Assembly: GCA_964035545.1 (NCBI GenBank)
Contig: OZ037766.1
Span: 12,204,722-12,268,721, forward strand
Direction of reading: 5' to 3'
DNA: 64,000 bases
DNA from: Bugula neritina
Taxonomy: Eukaryota; Animalia; Bryozoa
Positions 1 to 12,600 of this stretch are shown in pieces (the first letter of the stretch is position 1; the number at the start of each line of letters is the position of its first letter). The position numbers were made by a program, and so were the translations under genes. The notes under the pieces are model-generated. The model saw only the letters and a program-made list of their open reading frames with translations, did no database searches and was not told the origin of the DNA.

Positions 1-3000
1 CCACTGATGAAATGGCAATGGAATCTCAAGGTGTTCTCCACTCTCAAACTGGCACTGGGGAACATGCTTCTCAAAAAGGCATGAATATGGGCTATACTTG
101 GCATGCTGGTGATCATCCCTTGGACAAATTGTCTCAAGAATCACAAGGAATACTACATCATCAAACTGGTACTGGTGAACATGCTTCCCAAAAAGGAATG
201 TCAATTGGTAAAGTGAGAATGGCAGCTGACACTCCCACTGATGAAATGACAATAGAATCTCAAGGTGTTCTCCACTCTCAAACTGGCACTGGGGAACATG
301 CTTCTCAAAAAGGCATGAATATGGGCTATACTTGGCATGCTGGTGATCATCCCTTGGACAAATTGTCTCAAGAATCACAAGGAATTCTACATCATCAAAC
401 TGGTACTGGTGAACATGCTTCCCAAAAAGGAATGTCAATTGGTAAAGTGAGAATGGCGGCTGACACTCCCACTGATGAAATGGCAATGGATTCTCAAGGT
501 GTTCTCCACTCTCAAACTGGCACTGGGGAACATGCTTCTCAAAAAGGCATGAATATGGGCTATACTTGGCATGCTGGTGATCATCCCTTAGACAAATTGT
601 CTCAAGAATCACAAGGAATTCTACACCATCAAACTGGTACTGGTGAACATGCTTCTCAAAAAGGAATGTCAATTGGTAAAGTGAGAATGGCAGCTGACAC
701 TCCCACTGCTGAAATGGCAATGGAATCTCAAGGTGTTCTCCACATTCAAACTGGCACTGGGGAACATGCTTCTCAAAAAGGCATGAATATGGGCTATACT
801 TGGCATGCTGGTGATCATCCCTTGGACAAATTGTCTCAAGAATCACAAGGAATTCTACATCATCAAACTGGTACTGGTGAACATGCTTCCCAAAAAGGAA
901 TGTCAATTGGTAAAGTGAGAATGGCAGCTGACACTCCCACTGATGAAATGACAATGGAATCTCAAGGTGTTCTCCACTCTCAAACTGGCACTGGGGAACA
1001 TGCTTCTCAAAAAGGCATGAATATGGGCTATACGTGGCATGCTGGTGATCATCCCTTGGACAAATTGTCTCAAGAATCACAAGGAATTCTACATCATCAA
1101 ACTGGTACTGGTGAACATGCTTCCCAAAAAGGAATGTCAATTGGTAAAGTGAGAATGGCAGCTGACACTCCCACTGCTGAAATGGCAATGGAATCTCAAG
1201 GTGTTCTCCACTCTCAAACTGGCACTGGGGAACATGCTTCTCAAAAAGGCATGAATATGGGCTATACTTGGCATGCTGGTGATCATCCCTTGGACAAATT
1301 GTCTCAAGAATCACAAGGAATTCTACATCATCAAACTGGTACTGGTGAACATGCTTCCCAAAAAGGAATGTCAATTGGTAAAGTGAGAATGGCGGCTGAC
1401 ACTCCCACTGATGAAATGACAATGGAATCTCAAGGTGTTCTCCACTCTCAAACTGGCACTGGGGAACATGCTTCTCAAAAAGGCATGAATATGGGCTATA
1501 CTTGGCATGCTGGTGATCATCCCTTGGACAACTTCTCTCAAGAATCACAAGGAATTCTACACCATCAAACTGGTACTGGTGAACATGCTTCCCAAAAAGG
1601 AATGTCAATTGGTAAAGTGAGAATGGCAGCTGACACTCCCACTGATGAAATGACAATAGAATCTCAAGGTGTTCTCCACTCTCAAACTGGCACTGGGGAA
1701 CATGCTTCTCAAAAAGGCATGAATATGGGCTATACTTGGCATGCTGGTGATCATCCCTTGGACAAATTGTCTCAAGAATCACAAGGAATTCTACATCATC
1801 AAACTGGTACTGGTGAACATGCTTCCCAAAAAGGAATGTCAATTGGTAAAGTGAGAATGGCGGCTGACACTCCCACTGATGAAATGACAATGGAATCTCA
1901 AGGTGTTCTCCACTCTCAAACTGGCACTGGGGAACATGCTTCTCAAAAAGGCATGAATATGGGCTATACTTGGCATGCTGGTGATCATCCCTTAGACAAA
2001 TTGTCTCAAGAATCACAAGGAATTCTACACCATCAAACTGGTACTGGTGAACATGCTTCTCAAAAAGGAATGTCAATTGGTAAAGTGAGAATGGCAGCTG
2101 ACACTCCCACTGATGAAATGGCAATGGAATCTCAAGGTGTTCTCCACTCTCAAACTGGCACTGGGGAACATGCTTCTCAAAAAGGCATGAATATGGGCTA
2201 TACTTGGCATGCTGGTGATCATCCCTTGGACAAATTGTCTCAAGAATCACAAGGAATACTACATCATCAAACTGGTACTGGTGAACATGCTTCCCAAAAA
2301 GGAATGTCAATTGGTAAAGTGAGAATGGCAGCTGACACTCCCACTGATGAAATGGCAATGGAATCTCAAGGCGTTCTCCACTCTCAAACTGGCACTGGGG
2401 AACATGCTTCCCAAAAAGGCATGAATATGGGCTATACTTGGCATGCTGGTGATCATCCCTTGGACAAATTGTCTCAAGAATCACAAGGAATTCTACATCA
2501 TCAAACTGGTACTGGTGAACATGCTTCCCAAAAAGGAATGTCAATTGGTAAAGTGAGAATGGCAGCTGACACTCCCACTGATGAAATGGCAATGGAATCT
2601 CAAGGTGTTCTCCACTCTCAAACTGGCACTGGGGAACATGCTTCTCAAAAAGGCATGAATATGGGCTATACTTGGCATGCTGGTGATCATCCCTTGGACA
2701 AATTGTCTCAAGAATCACAAGGAATACTACATCATCAAACTGGTACTGGTGAACATGCTTCCCAAAAAGGAATGTCAATTGGTAAAGTGAGAATGGCAGC
2801 TGACACTCCCACTGATGAAATGGCAATGGAATCTCAAGGTGTTCTCCACTCTCAAACTGGCACTGGGGAACATGCTTCTCAAAAAGGCATGAATATGGGC
2901 TATACTTGGCATGCTGGTGATCATCCCTTGGACAAATTGTCTCAAGAATCACAAGGAATTCTACATCATCAAACTGGTACTGGTGAACATGCTTCCCAAA

Positions 3001-3678
3001 AAGGAATGTCAATTGGTAAAGTGAGAATGGCGGCTGACACTCCCACTGATGAAATGACAATGGAATCTCAAGGTGTTCTCCACTCTCAAACTGGCACTGG
3101 GGAACATGCTTCTCAAAAAGGCATGAATATGGGCTATACTTGGCATGCTGGTGATCATCCCTTGGACAACTTCTCTCAAGAATCACAAGGAATTCTACAT
3201 CATCAAACTGGTACTGGTGAACATGCTTCCCAAAAAGGAATGTCAATTGGTAAAGTGAGAATGGCAGCTGACACTCCCACTGATAAAATGACAATAGAAT
3301 CTCAAGGTGTTCTCCACTCTCAAACTGGCACTGGGGAACATGCTTCTCAAAAAGGCATGAATATGGGCTATACTTGGCATGCTGGTGATCATCCCTTGGA
3401 CAAATTGTCTCAAGAATCACAAGGAATTCTACATCATCAAACTGGTACTGGTGAACATGCTTCCCAAAAAGGAATGTCAATTGGTAAAGTGAGAATGGCG
3501 GCTGACACTCCCACTGATGAAATGACAATGGAATCTCAAGGTGTTCTCCACTCTCAAACTGGCACTGGGGAACATGCTTCTCAAAAAGGCATGAATATGG
3601 GCTATACTTGGCATGCTGGTGATCATCCCTTGGACAACTTGTCTCAAGAATCACAAGGAATTCTACACCATCAAACTG
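1..3678 (+). repeat. Coding tandem array, 234-bp unit (78 aa = two diverged calponin repeats), about 15.7 units
   Basis: Near-identical 234-nt units with no stop codon; ends at donor ACTG|GTAATT (3678/3679). Confidence 0.97.
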
Positions 3679-6600
3679 GTAATTTTCATTATATTGATTC
3701 ATGACTTCCATTTCAGTTTGGATTTTTTTAGTATAGTATTTCTGCTCTGATTTACTTCTCACCTGTGCTAATTTCTTCCTCGAGGTTCAAAAAGCTTTGC
3801 TGCAATGTACACTTTTTTTCTTAGTATAATCGTAGTTCTTTTCGCCCTGCCGTTGTGACCATGGTTCTTTTTTTGTTGTCTTTTTTTCACTTTTTCCGGC
3901 CTTTGTACTTTGGCATACCTCTCCTTTGCTCTGTTGGCTTCCCTCTTCTTTTTCCCATGTAGCATTGCTTTCCTTGGATGTAATTTGCATGTTTATTACA
4001 ATCTTTTCTGTACTTTTCATGTGGGTCTTGTTCCTTTTCTTAATTAGCCACAGTTGCACATTGTATATTCGTACATGAAAAGGTTCAGTTATGTTACGTA
4101 AGTGTCTACACATGTTTTGGTGTTTAGCTGCTAGTTTTTACTTTAATAGGTTTTGGCTTCGACTAATACACTATTACTCTTTCCTACTGCAAGTTGAACC
4201 CATCTATTATTGGGCTATCTTTAAAAATTAGTGTTTTGGGCTCGACCTTATGACCAACTGCAAGCTTGATTTTTTGTTAGCCATATGATCTTAGCTCTTG
4301 TGGTTTAGCTAATGTTGCATATGATTGGGCCTGCTCTTAGTTTCTTGTTCTGAGCAGTTATTTACTAGCAGTTTTCCTGCTTTTTTTCTAAGTATCTCCT
4401 CTGCTCTTTATCTCACATCTGTCATTTTTGAACTGTCTCCAAATGTTTAATTTGTATTCTTCCACATTTTTGTCAAGGTACAGTATTAGTATTTAGATTC
4501 ACTCAACTGACATGTTTCAGTACCATTTTTTTCTCGCAGTGCGTGTTCATGAAAGTTACATATTCCTGAAATTGTCCTCATTGCTTTTCAACACAGTTTC
4601 CAGTGGCAACAAACATTTCATTCTGTTTCTTATATTTAACATCAGCAATACACCTGCCAGTTCCATCGTGTTTCCATCTTTGGGCTTTGTTTTAAATTTT
4701 TTTGTTTCTCAGTACGTTGTACGCTGTGTCAAACATTTTATATCTCATTTTGTAGGAAATAGCCTTTTTGCATCTCAAAAAGGAATGAGTATTGGAAGCG
4801 TGCGACACGCTGGAGACATAAAGACTGTTGAAATGGCTCAAGACTCTCATGGTGTCCTTCATCACCAAACTGGTTCGACTGAGTTTGCGTCTCAAAAAGG
4901 CATGAGTATTGGGAGTGTGCGACATGCTGGAGACATAAAAACTGATGAAATGGCTCAAGACTCACATGGTGTTCTTCATCATCAGACTGGTTCAATTGAG
5001 TTTGCGTCTCAAAAAGGAATGAGTATTGGGAGTGTGCGACATGCTGGAGACATAAAGACTGTTGAAATGGCTCAAGACTCTCATGGTGTCCTTCATCACC
5101 AAACTGGTTCGACTGAGTTTGCGTCTCAAAAAGGCATGAGTATTGGGAGTGTCCGACACGCTGGAGATATAAAAACTGCTGAAATGGCTCAAGACTCACA
5201 TGGTGTTCTTCATCATCAAACTGGTTCGACTGAGTTTGCATCTCAAAAGGGCATGAGTATTGGAAGTGTGCGACACGCTGGAGACATAAAAACTGTTGAA
5301 ATGGCTCAAGACTCACACGGTCTAATCAGTAGCCAAACTGGCACTAACTTATATGCTTCTTTACATGGCATGTGTACTGGAAAAACTCGCCACGCAGCTG
5401 ACATCAGAAGCGATTCTCTTTCTCAAGAGTCTCAAGGAATACTGCATCATCAATCTGGTACAAATGTATATGCCACTCAAAAGGGCATGAGTATTGGCAA
5501 GGTTAGACACGCTGGAGATCTCAACTACTTCAATATTTTGCCAGACTCCCAGGGTATTCTTTTCCCGCAGTCAGGAACAAATCTTTATGCGACGCAGAAG
5601 GGAATGAGCATAGGTGCTACCCGCCATGCTGCCGATATAAAAGCTGACTATGCAAGCAAAGCATCGACTAGCATTTTGAGCCAGCAGTCAGGTAAGTGTT
5701 GATTTCTTTATGTTTTGTTTATGACTTTTGAATTCTTCTTTGTTTGTCATTTTATCTTCTGCTAATGCCAGCATATTTGTATTGAACAACTTTTCATAGT
5801 TTTGTGCAAATTTATTTGGACCTTTTGTTTATTTTGTTTTTCAAAAATAGGTACAAATAAATTGGCTTCTCAAAAAGGTATGAGCATTGGAAAACGAAGG
5901 TTCGGTGCTGATATTGTTAGTGGCGCTGGAAGTCAAGCGTCTCAGGGAATTTTACCTTTTCAATCAGGTACTACTCCTAAAATTTCCTTTCTTATTTTTA
6001 ATCCTATTTTCCTTTTTTTCTGTTTTGTTTTTGTTTTCCTTCGCTGGGTAATGCTATGCTTGTATATGCACTCAGGTACTAACAAGTTTGCTTCTCAGAA
6101 AGGAATGAGCATTGGAGGTGTAAGACATGTCAGTGATATAAAAGTAACTGAGTTGTGCCAAGAAGCACACTCTATTTTAACCTTACAAACAGGTAAAAAA
6201 ATTAAAAAATTTCATGCTTAAACTAAGTATATTATCATATACATGTTTCATATTTTTACATTGTTTATACATGCCAATAAACTTTACTATTACCACATTC
6301 ATCAATATTCTGATTCTGTGTAAATGTTAGCTGTTTTTATTATCTTTCCTAGATATCACTAGATTTATAAATATTTCCAGGTACGAACAAGTTTGATACT
6401 CAAAAAGGAATGAATATGGGAGCTCAACGTCATGTTGGAGACATTAAAGTAGCAGAAATATGTGAGGAAAGTCAAAAGGTGCTGCCTCTGCAATCAGGTG
6501 ACTTGAACATTGTTTTGTTTGGGATGCCTTGCAATAGTCCCCCAAGACTGTCATTTCTCAGTGCAGAAAAACTAATTCTTTTAATTTTAATCTCAATAAA

Positions 6601-9600
6601 TTTATACAGATTTAATTTGTGAAGGTTAGTAAAGTTGCTAATTATGAAAATAAATATTTTTCTAAAGTTACTTTTCCTCATTGATTTAAACCGTGTATTG
6701 CCTGCAAATGAGAAGTTTAAAATACTCCTATTGCCATTTCATCAGTACCAGATTCAGCATAAGCAGTGGCTGCAGTGATTGTTTTTTGCAAGAACATAAT
6801 AAGTTGAGTGTTTCTTTAATTAGGAAGTTTGCTAATCTGAAAAAAATTTTCTCAACTATAAATCAGCATTATTCTCGTCCTACTTTTTGAGCTTGTACCA
6901 GAAAGAGTGTCATAGTCACCGCTGGTTTTATTTCGTCTATTCAGAGATAGAAAATTACAATGTCTATATAATCAAGTGTTTTCTTGCAGGTACCAACAAA
7001 TATGCTAATCAGAGTGGAATGAATATTGGTAAACAGCGCCATGTGTTTGATATTAATCTTGGAACAGTAACACCCCAATCTGAATTCATGCTTAGCCAAC
7101 AGTCAGGTAATGTGTTTATAATATGACAAGTTATAATATAAAATGTTCTTTAAATAGATTCATGGCATCTCTAGGTTTGTAGTGTTTTTGTATTTATTAA
7201 CATTTATTAACTAAAAGTTTGTGATTGCTTTCGGTTTTGCATTGGTACAAATTTATTTAGTGGTCGCTTTTCAGTATTTTTATGTTAGAACTTTCATCCT
7301 GTGCCCAGTATTAAAATTTATTTACAGCACTTAAATGAATTAAAATAGTTTTTAAGACGTAGTTCAATTAAATTAATAACTTCATGGAAGAATTTAGAAA
7401 TGGCTAATAATATTGATTAGTGTAAATTATTTTGGTTTCTATTTTGTCATATAAATTAATAAATCAGTAATTATGCAGCTCATCTATTCAGTTATAGGCG
7501 GTAATGCCATGCTTGTTGTATCTATAAAGTCAAAATTAGACAACCACAGGAAAGAAAAAATTAGTTAAAGGAAAACAGTTATTGTTTGACTAATATAACA
7601 ATTTGATCAAGTCGCCAAGTCTTGGAAAAACTATTGATGTCTCAAGCATAATATGTGAGCCTTGAATTTATAATTGAATTCAACTACTGAAAAATAATCA
7701 ACATAACCAGTTAAGAAATGGCAGAAATCAGCTATCAGTTGTGTAATCTACATACTCATATGTCTTACCACGGCGTCTCTATCGATGTATGTTGCCACTT
7801 TCTTTATTGTCCCATGTGTTGACAAACTGCAGTTTTTAGAGGATGTAAATGTTATTGTAGCAACTCATAAATGTTTATAGGTTCCTACAATCTTGCCTCG
7901 CAGAAAGGTATGAGCATTGGTAGTGTTCGCCACGCTGCCGATGTCAAAGTTGATGCTTTATCCAAAGAATCCGGGCAGCAGATTCCTATTCAGTCAGGTC
8001 TGTTCACCATCTTGTCTTGTAGATTTAGTTTGTTATAGGTTTCTCTACATTTATATAATCTGTGCAAGCAAGATGAGCACATGTATTATCTCATTTTTGT
8101 TTGTTTACTTTTAGGCACAAATATTTTCGCATCTCAAAAGGGAATGTCTATTGGTGCTGGCAGACAGATAGTAGACAAGACTGTAGAGAGCATGTCTCTG
8201 GATGCACAACAAATGCTGCATTCTCAGACTGGTGTGTACTCATGTTCTACACAGCATTCTGTGATGAAGCATATTTAATGAAATAAAAAAAGTGATTTTA
8301 GTTGGAACTGAAATGCGTTCCCAGTCGGTGATCAATTGCATTGCTCACTGTTCAAGCACCCATTATTTACCACCTGTTAGAATATGTTTACTGGAAGTAT
8401 TTTTTAGCCTATTGTTGCTTTTCATACAGGAACAAATCAGTTCGCATCTCAAAAAGGAATGTCTTTCGGTGGTGTGAGACACGTTGCTGATATTCGTGCT
8501 GACAACATGGACATAGAATCTAAGCACGTGGTGCGCTTGCAAGCTGGTAGGGTGTCCATTTCAACACATTCTTTTATAAAAGAAGCTTTTTCTCATCAAA
8601 TATATGGATTTATATGCAACTCTTTTAATAAAACATTTAATGCTTGTTCAATACCATGATTATGACCAGTGTAATCATGTTTCCCTTCTATTATTTCTAT
8701 AACTTGGTGTGTCTTTCTCTATGAGATCATGTTTTTATTTACTCCATAATATTGGGTTTTAGGAACAAATCAGTTTGCATCACAGAAAGGGATGAGGCTT
8801 GGCGGTGGTCGTGATATCACAGATATGGAAGATGATGAGGTGAACAGAGAATCTCAGAGTATTATTACTGCTCAATCAGGTTGGTTTATCCTTTGTTTCG
8901 CTCGTCTTTTATTTTTTAATCACTGCTGTTTACGAAGCCTTTTAAGCTTTTGCAATGATAAATTAATGTTATAATTGCTGAATTTTTCTCAACTAAGTTT
9001 CATTGGTACATAATTAAGTTTCAAGTGACTGTAATGCTGTTGCTCTGAATTTATAATCAGTTAGAAAGTTTTTTCCTTTAAGTTGTTGTTTGGCATATGG
9101 TAATTAATTGTCGTCATAATATGTCAAGTGCAATATATGTTTGTGGGTTTTCTTAAAATAATAAACAAGTTGCAAATAGTTATCATGCTATACATAACAT
9201 GTACCCCTTTTTGTATTTTGTATCAAAATGATTAAATATTCATCAGGCACAAACAAGTATGCATCCCAGAAGGGCATGAGGTTTGGTGGAATGCGCCGCG
9301 GTGCAGATATTAGGGCTGACAAAGTCTCTAAAGAGTCCCAAACAGTTCTTCATCTACAGTCAGGTGAGTCTAAGAAAATGTTCTCATATTTTATATCGTT
9401 CAGGTTCCATGCATAATTCTTACAACTTCAGCTGAGTTCATTTTTTGTGAGTTGTACTGTGTGGTTAATTATTGTGTAGTAATTTCTCAGTAATTTCTCT
9501 ACAATAGCTCTAACTTTTTTATTAATAACTCAATAGGTTTCTTCGTGGACACTTTCAAGTGTTCTGTTACGTGGGTTCTTCTAGTTACAGTCCACTAATT

Positions 9601-12600
9601 GCATTGGCTTACTTTGTAGCTCAGGCTAAAAACTGTAGAATAGTATTGCTAAAAGTTCTTGATGAAAATCATCTGCTACATTGACTTATATCAGTCTAAT
9701 TCTCACGTAACAAATGATGCACTTCAATCATAAGCCTCAATAGCCTATCTGTAATTTGTTACATTTCATGTAGTTGCATTTCGGGCTGTTAAGCACACGT
9801 ACCCGTATTACATATCATAATTACATCAACAATTACCCCCTGTGCTATGTGCTCAGTGCTAGTGAATGTCCAGTATTAGGATTTAAGTCAATGGAGGTGA
9901 ACATGATTATGACTATGTAATGGTTCCAGGTGTTAGTGCTGCTCAGCTTAGGAGGAGGGCCAACTCTGAAGGAAGAAAGTCTCGCTTTGCAAACACTTTT
10001 AGTCTCTTGTCTAAGTTGCCTAAACATCAGCAACAAACTGGTAAGATGGGAGATTTGCACAGATTCATTTTATTTCAATTATACACTTAACAGGCTTTTC
10101 TGATCTAGTCCAACTTCTTGCCTTTTGCCAAGTGCAAAGTTTTGTAATTGTGTCATCAAATTGTGCTTCATTTATACATGCGAATAGCAATTGACTTTTG
10201 TCAAGTTTATAGATGACTGGTTTAAATGATCTTTACAAGAGTATTGTGCATTGAGATCTCCACGTTTAATCTTACTTATTAGTTTTATGCATGTGTTTTA
10301 GGCACCACAGTATATCGTTATCCTAAAGGGGGATTTCTGGAACCCGGTAGAATATTGAGAGGGACACGTGATGATCAATCCATATTTACGTCTACTCAGT
10401 GGGTAGATGACTCCAATATTGTTCATGTTAACACATCAGGTTTGTTGTTTAATTTAAATTCCGTATGTTATATTCATATTTTATTCTTGTACCAATCTCT
10501 CTTAAAATAGCAAGAAATGTTACTTTGTTACCTTGACTTAAATAATATTATAAATCAGAATTACTGTAAGTTTGAAGTTGCTAGTAAGCATATTAGCATC
10601 TGTGAACTTTCAGTTGAAAGTTAAGTTGTTGGAATCAGCAATTCATATAGTGCACAATAATTTTTACCATGCTAAGAATTGCACTCAAGCTAAGCCTCAG
10701 CGCTATCAACCTGAAGCTGTTTCTACTAAAATTGATTTTTGAAATGCAAATAGCAGCCAATAGCATTGTACAATATGGTTGAGTCTGTGTGGGGATAATT
10801 ATTTATTGTTTTATTTTAAAATACTTTACAAGTTTGCTTACTTTAGTCACACTGATTTTGCAGGTGATAAGTTAACAGAGAATTCTGCAGAGGACCTGCC
10901 AGAGTCGGGTGTGATTTCTACGCAGATTGGTAAGTTACTAGATAGCACTATAGAGTATACACTATAGTCATAGCTAGGTAGTACACACTATAGTTATAGC
11001 TAAGTACTACACACTATAGTTATAGCTAAGTAGTACACACTATAGTTATAGCTAGGTAGTACACACTATAGTTATAGCTAGGTAGTACACACTATAGTCA
11101 TAGCTAAGTACTACACACTACAGGTGTAATTATACTGTATATACCACACTCATGGCAATACAGCATGCAATGCTATAATAAAGTATGCTTTTACAGCATA
11201 CATCACAATCATTGCTGATGAGTTGTTGTCATTATGTAAATACGACATTATGGAAGAAAATTCAAATTATTCGCACGGTTTCAAAACTTTTAGATTTAAA
11301 AATATCAGGCTATAAGTGTTCGATAAGCTTCTAGTTATTTAACAGCATAATTGGTTTTTGACAAGTGATCTTTAAGCTCTGGATTTTAAGAGTATGAATT
11401 TATTAGTTGAAATAATTTTTCTAAGATGCTTACTTTCTTTCTGCAGATGTGAATGGTCAGCTGGAAGAGCAGGCGTATGTGACTCATGTAGTGTCTGAAG
11501 GTCCGTTTGTAACCACCCGTACGCTGAGTCATTCTTACCAGCAGTTGCCCGGCACATCAATCAGATACGTCACTCAGCTCGCAGCAAATGCACCACCTTC
11601 ACTTCACAGCCAACACCAGTCACCTTCCCGGCAACCACAAAACAGAATCCGGGTAATCAACAGATCGCTCTCAGCCAATGCGCCCAGAGATGTCAGGATT
11701 GGTAGAAAGGTACAGCATGTAACCTATCAGCAGCCAGGTAACATGCAGCTACATCAAACAACCTATCAGCAGCCAGGTAACATGCAGCTACATCAAACAA
11801 CCTATCAGCAGCCAGGTAACATGCAGCTACATCAAACAACCTATCAGCAGCCAGGTAACATGCAGCTACAGCATACAACCTATCAGCAGCCAGGTAACAT
11901 GCAGCTACAGCATACAACCTATCAGCAGCCAGGTAACATGCAGCTACAGCATACAACCTATCAGCAGCCAGGTAACATGCAGCTACAGCATACAACCTAT
12001 CAGCAGCCAGGTAACATGCAGCTACAGCATACAACCTATCAGCAGCCAGGTAACATGCAGCTACAGCATACAACCTATCAGCAGCCAGGTAACAATCAAA
12101 TGCAGCTGAGAGCTTATCAAGAGCATGCTGAATCTTATGCCACTATCGGAGAGCCAGTCAAGATTGGTAATGAAGCTTATGTTTCTATGGATAGAAATGT
12201 AATAACAAAACCAAAGTCTGTTCTATCAGCTGACGGCAATAATCAGCCTATACAGGTTTCAGGAGATAAATTTATCAGAAGGAGACTTAACTTAGAAGAG
12301 TCACCTCCATCCCAACAAAGTCGTTCAATTGTCATCAGAAGGTCTGGATCCAGAGGCGGGACGAGAAAGCGGTTTGAATACCCAAGCGGTTATACAATGG
12401 CTCCGAGATTTGCTGAAGGTGGTGAGTCATATTTGTCGGTGGCCACAGCAGGAGCACAGCAACCTCTGCATTCTTCAGGCGGTGTGACTGTTGTGAGAAA
12501 TACCGTGACAGAGCAGCCTGGTGACAGTGGTTCCAGCACTACTAGGCAAACCGTGCGCAAGAGCTACCACCAGGTGGCAAGTATGGAGGGTCTGAAGACT

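Noticed and set aside
4692-5316. Minus-strand ORFs over the second calponin exon (also 11693-12073, 19103-19842, 36727-37340)
   Set aside because: Antisense shadows of real or repetitive coding exons.
1-5691. Regular repeats superficially like a CRISPR or satellite array
   Set aside because: No unique spacers, eukaryotic context, and the units encode calponin repeats in frame.
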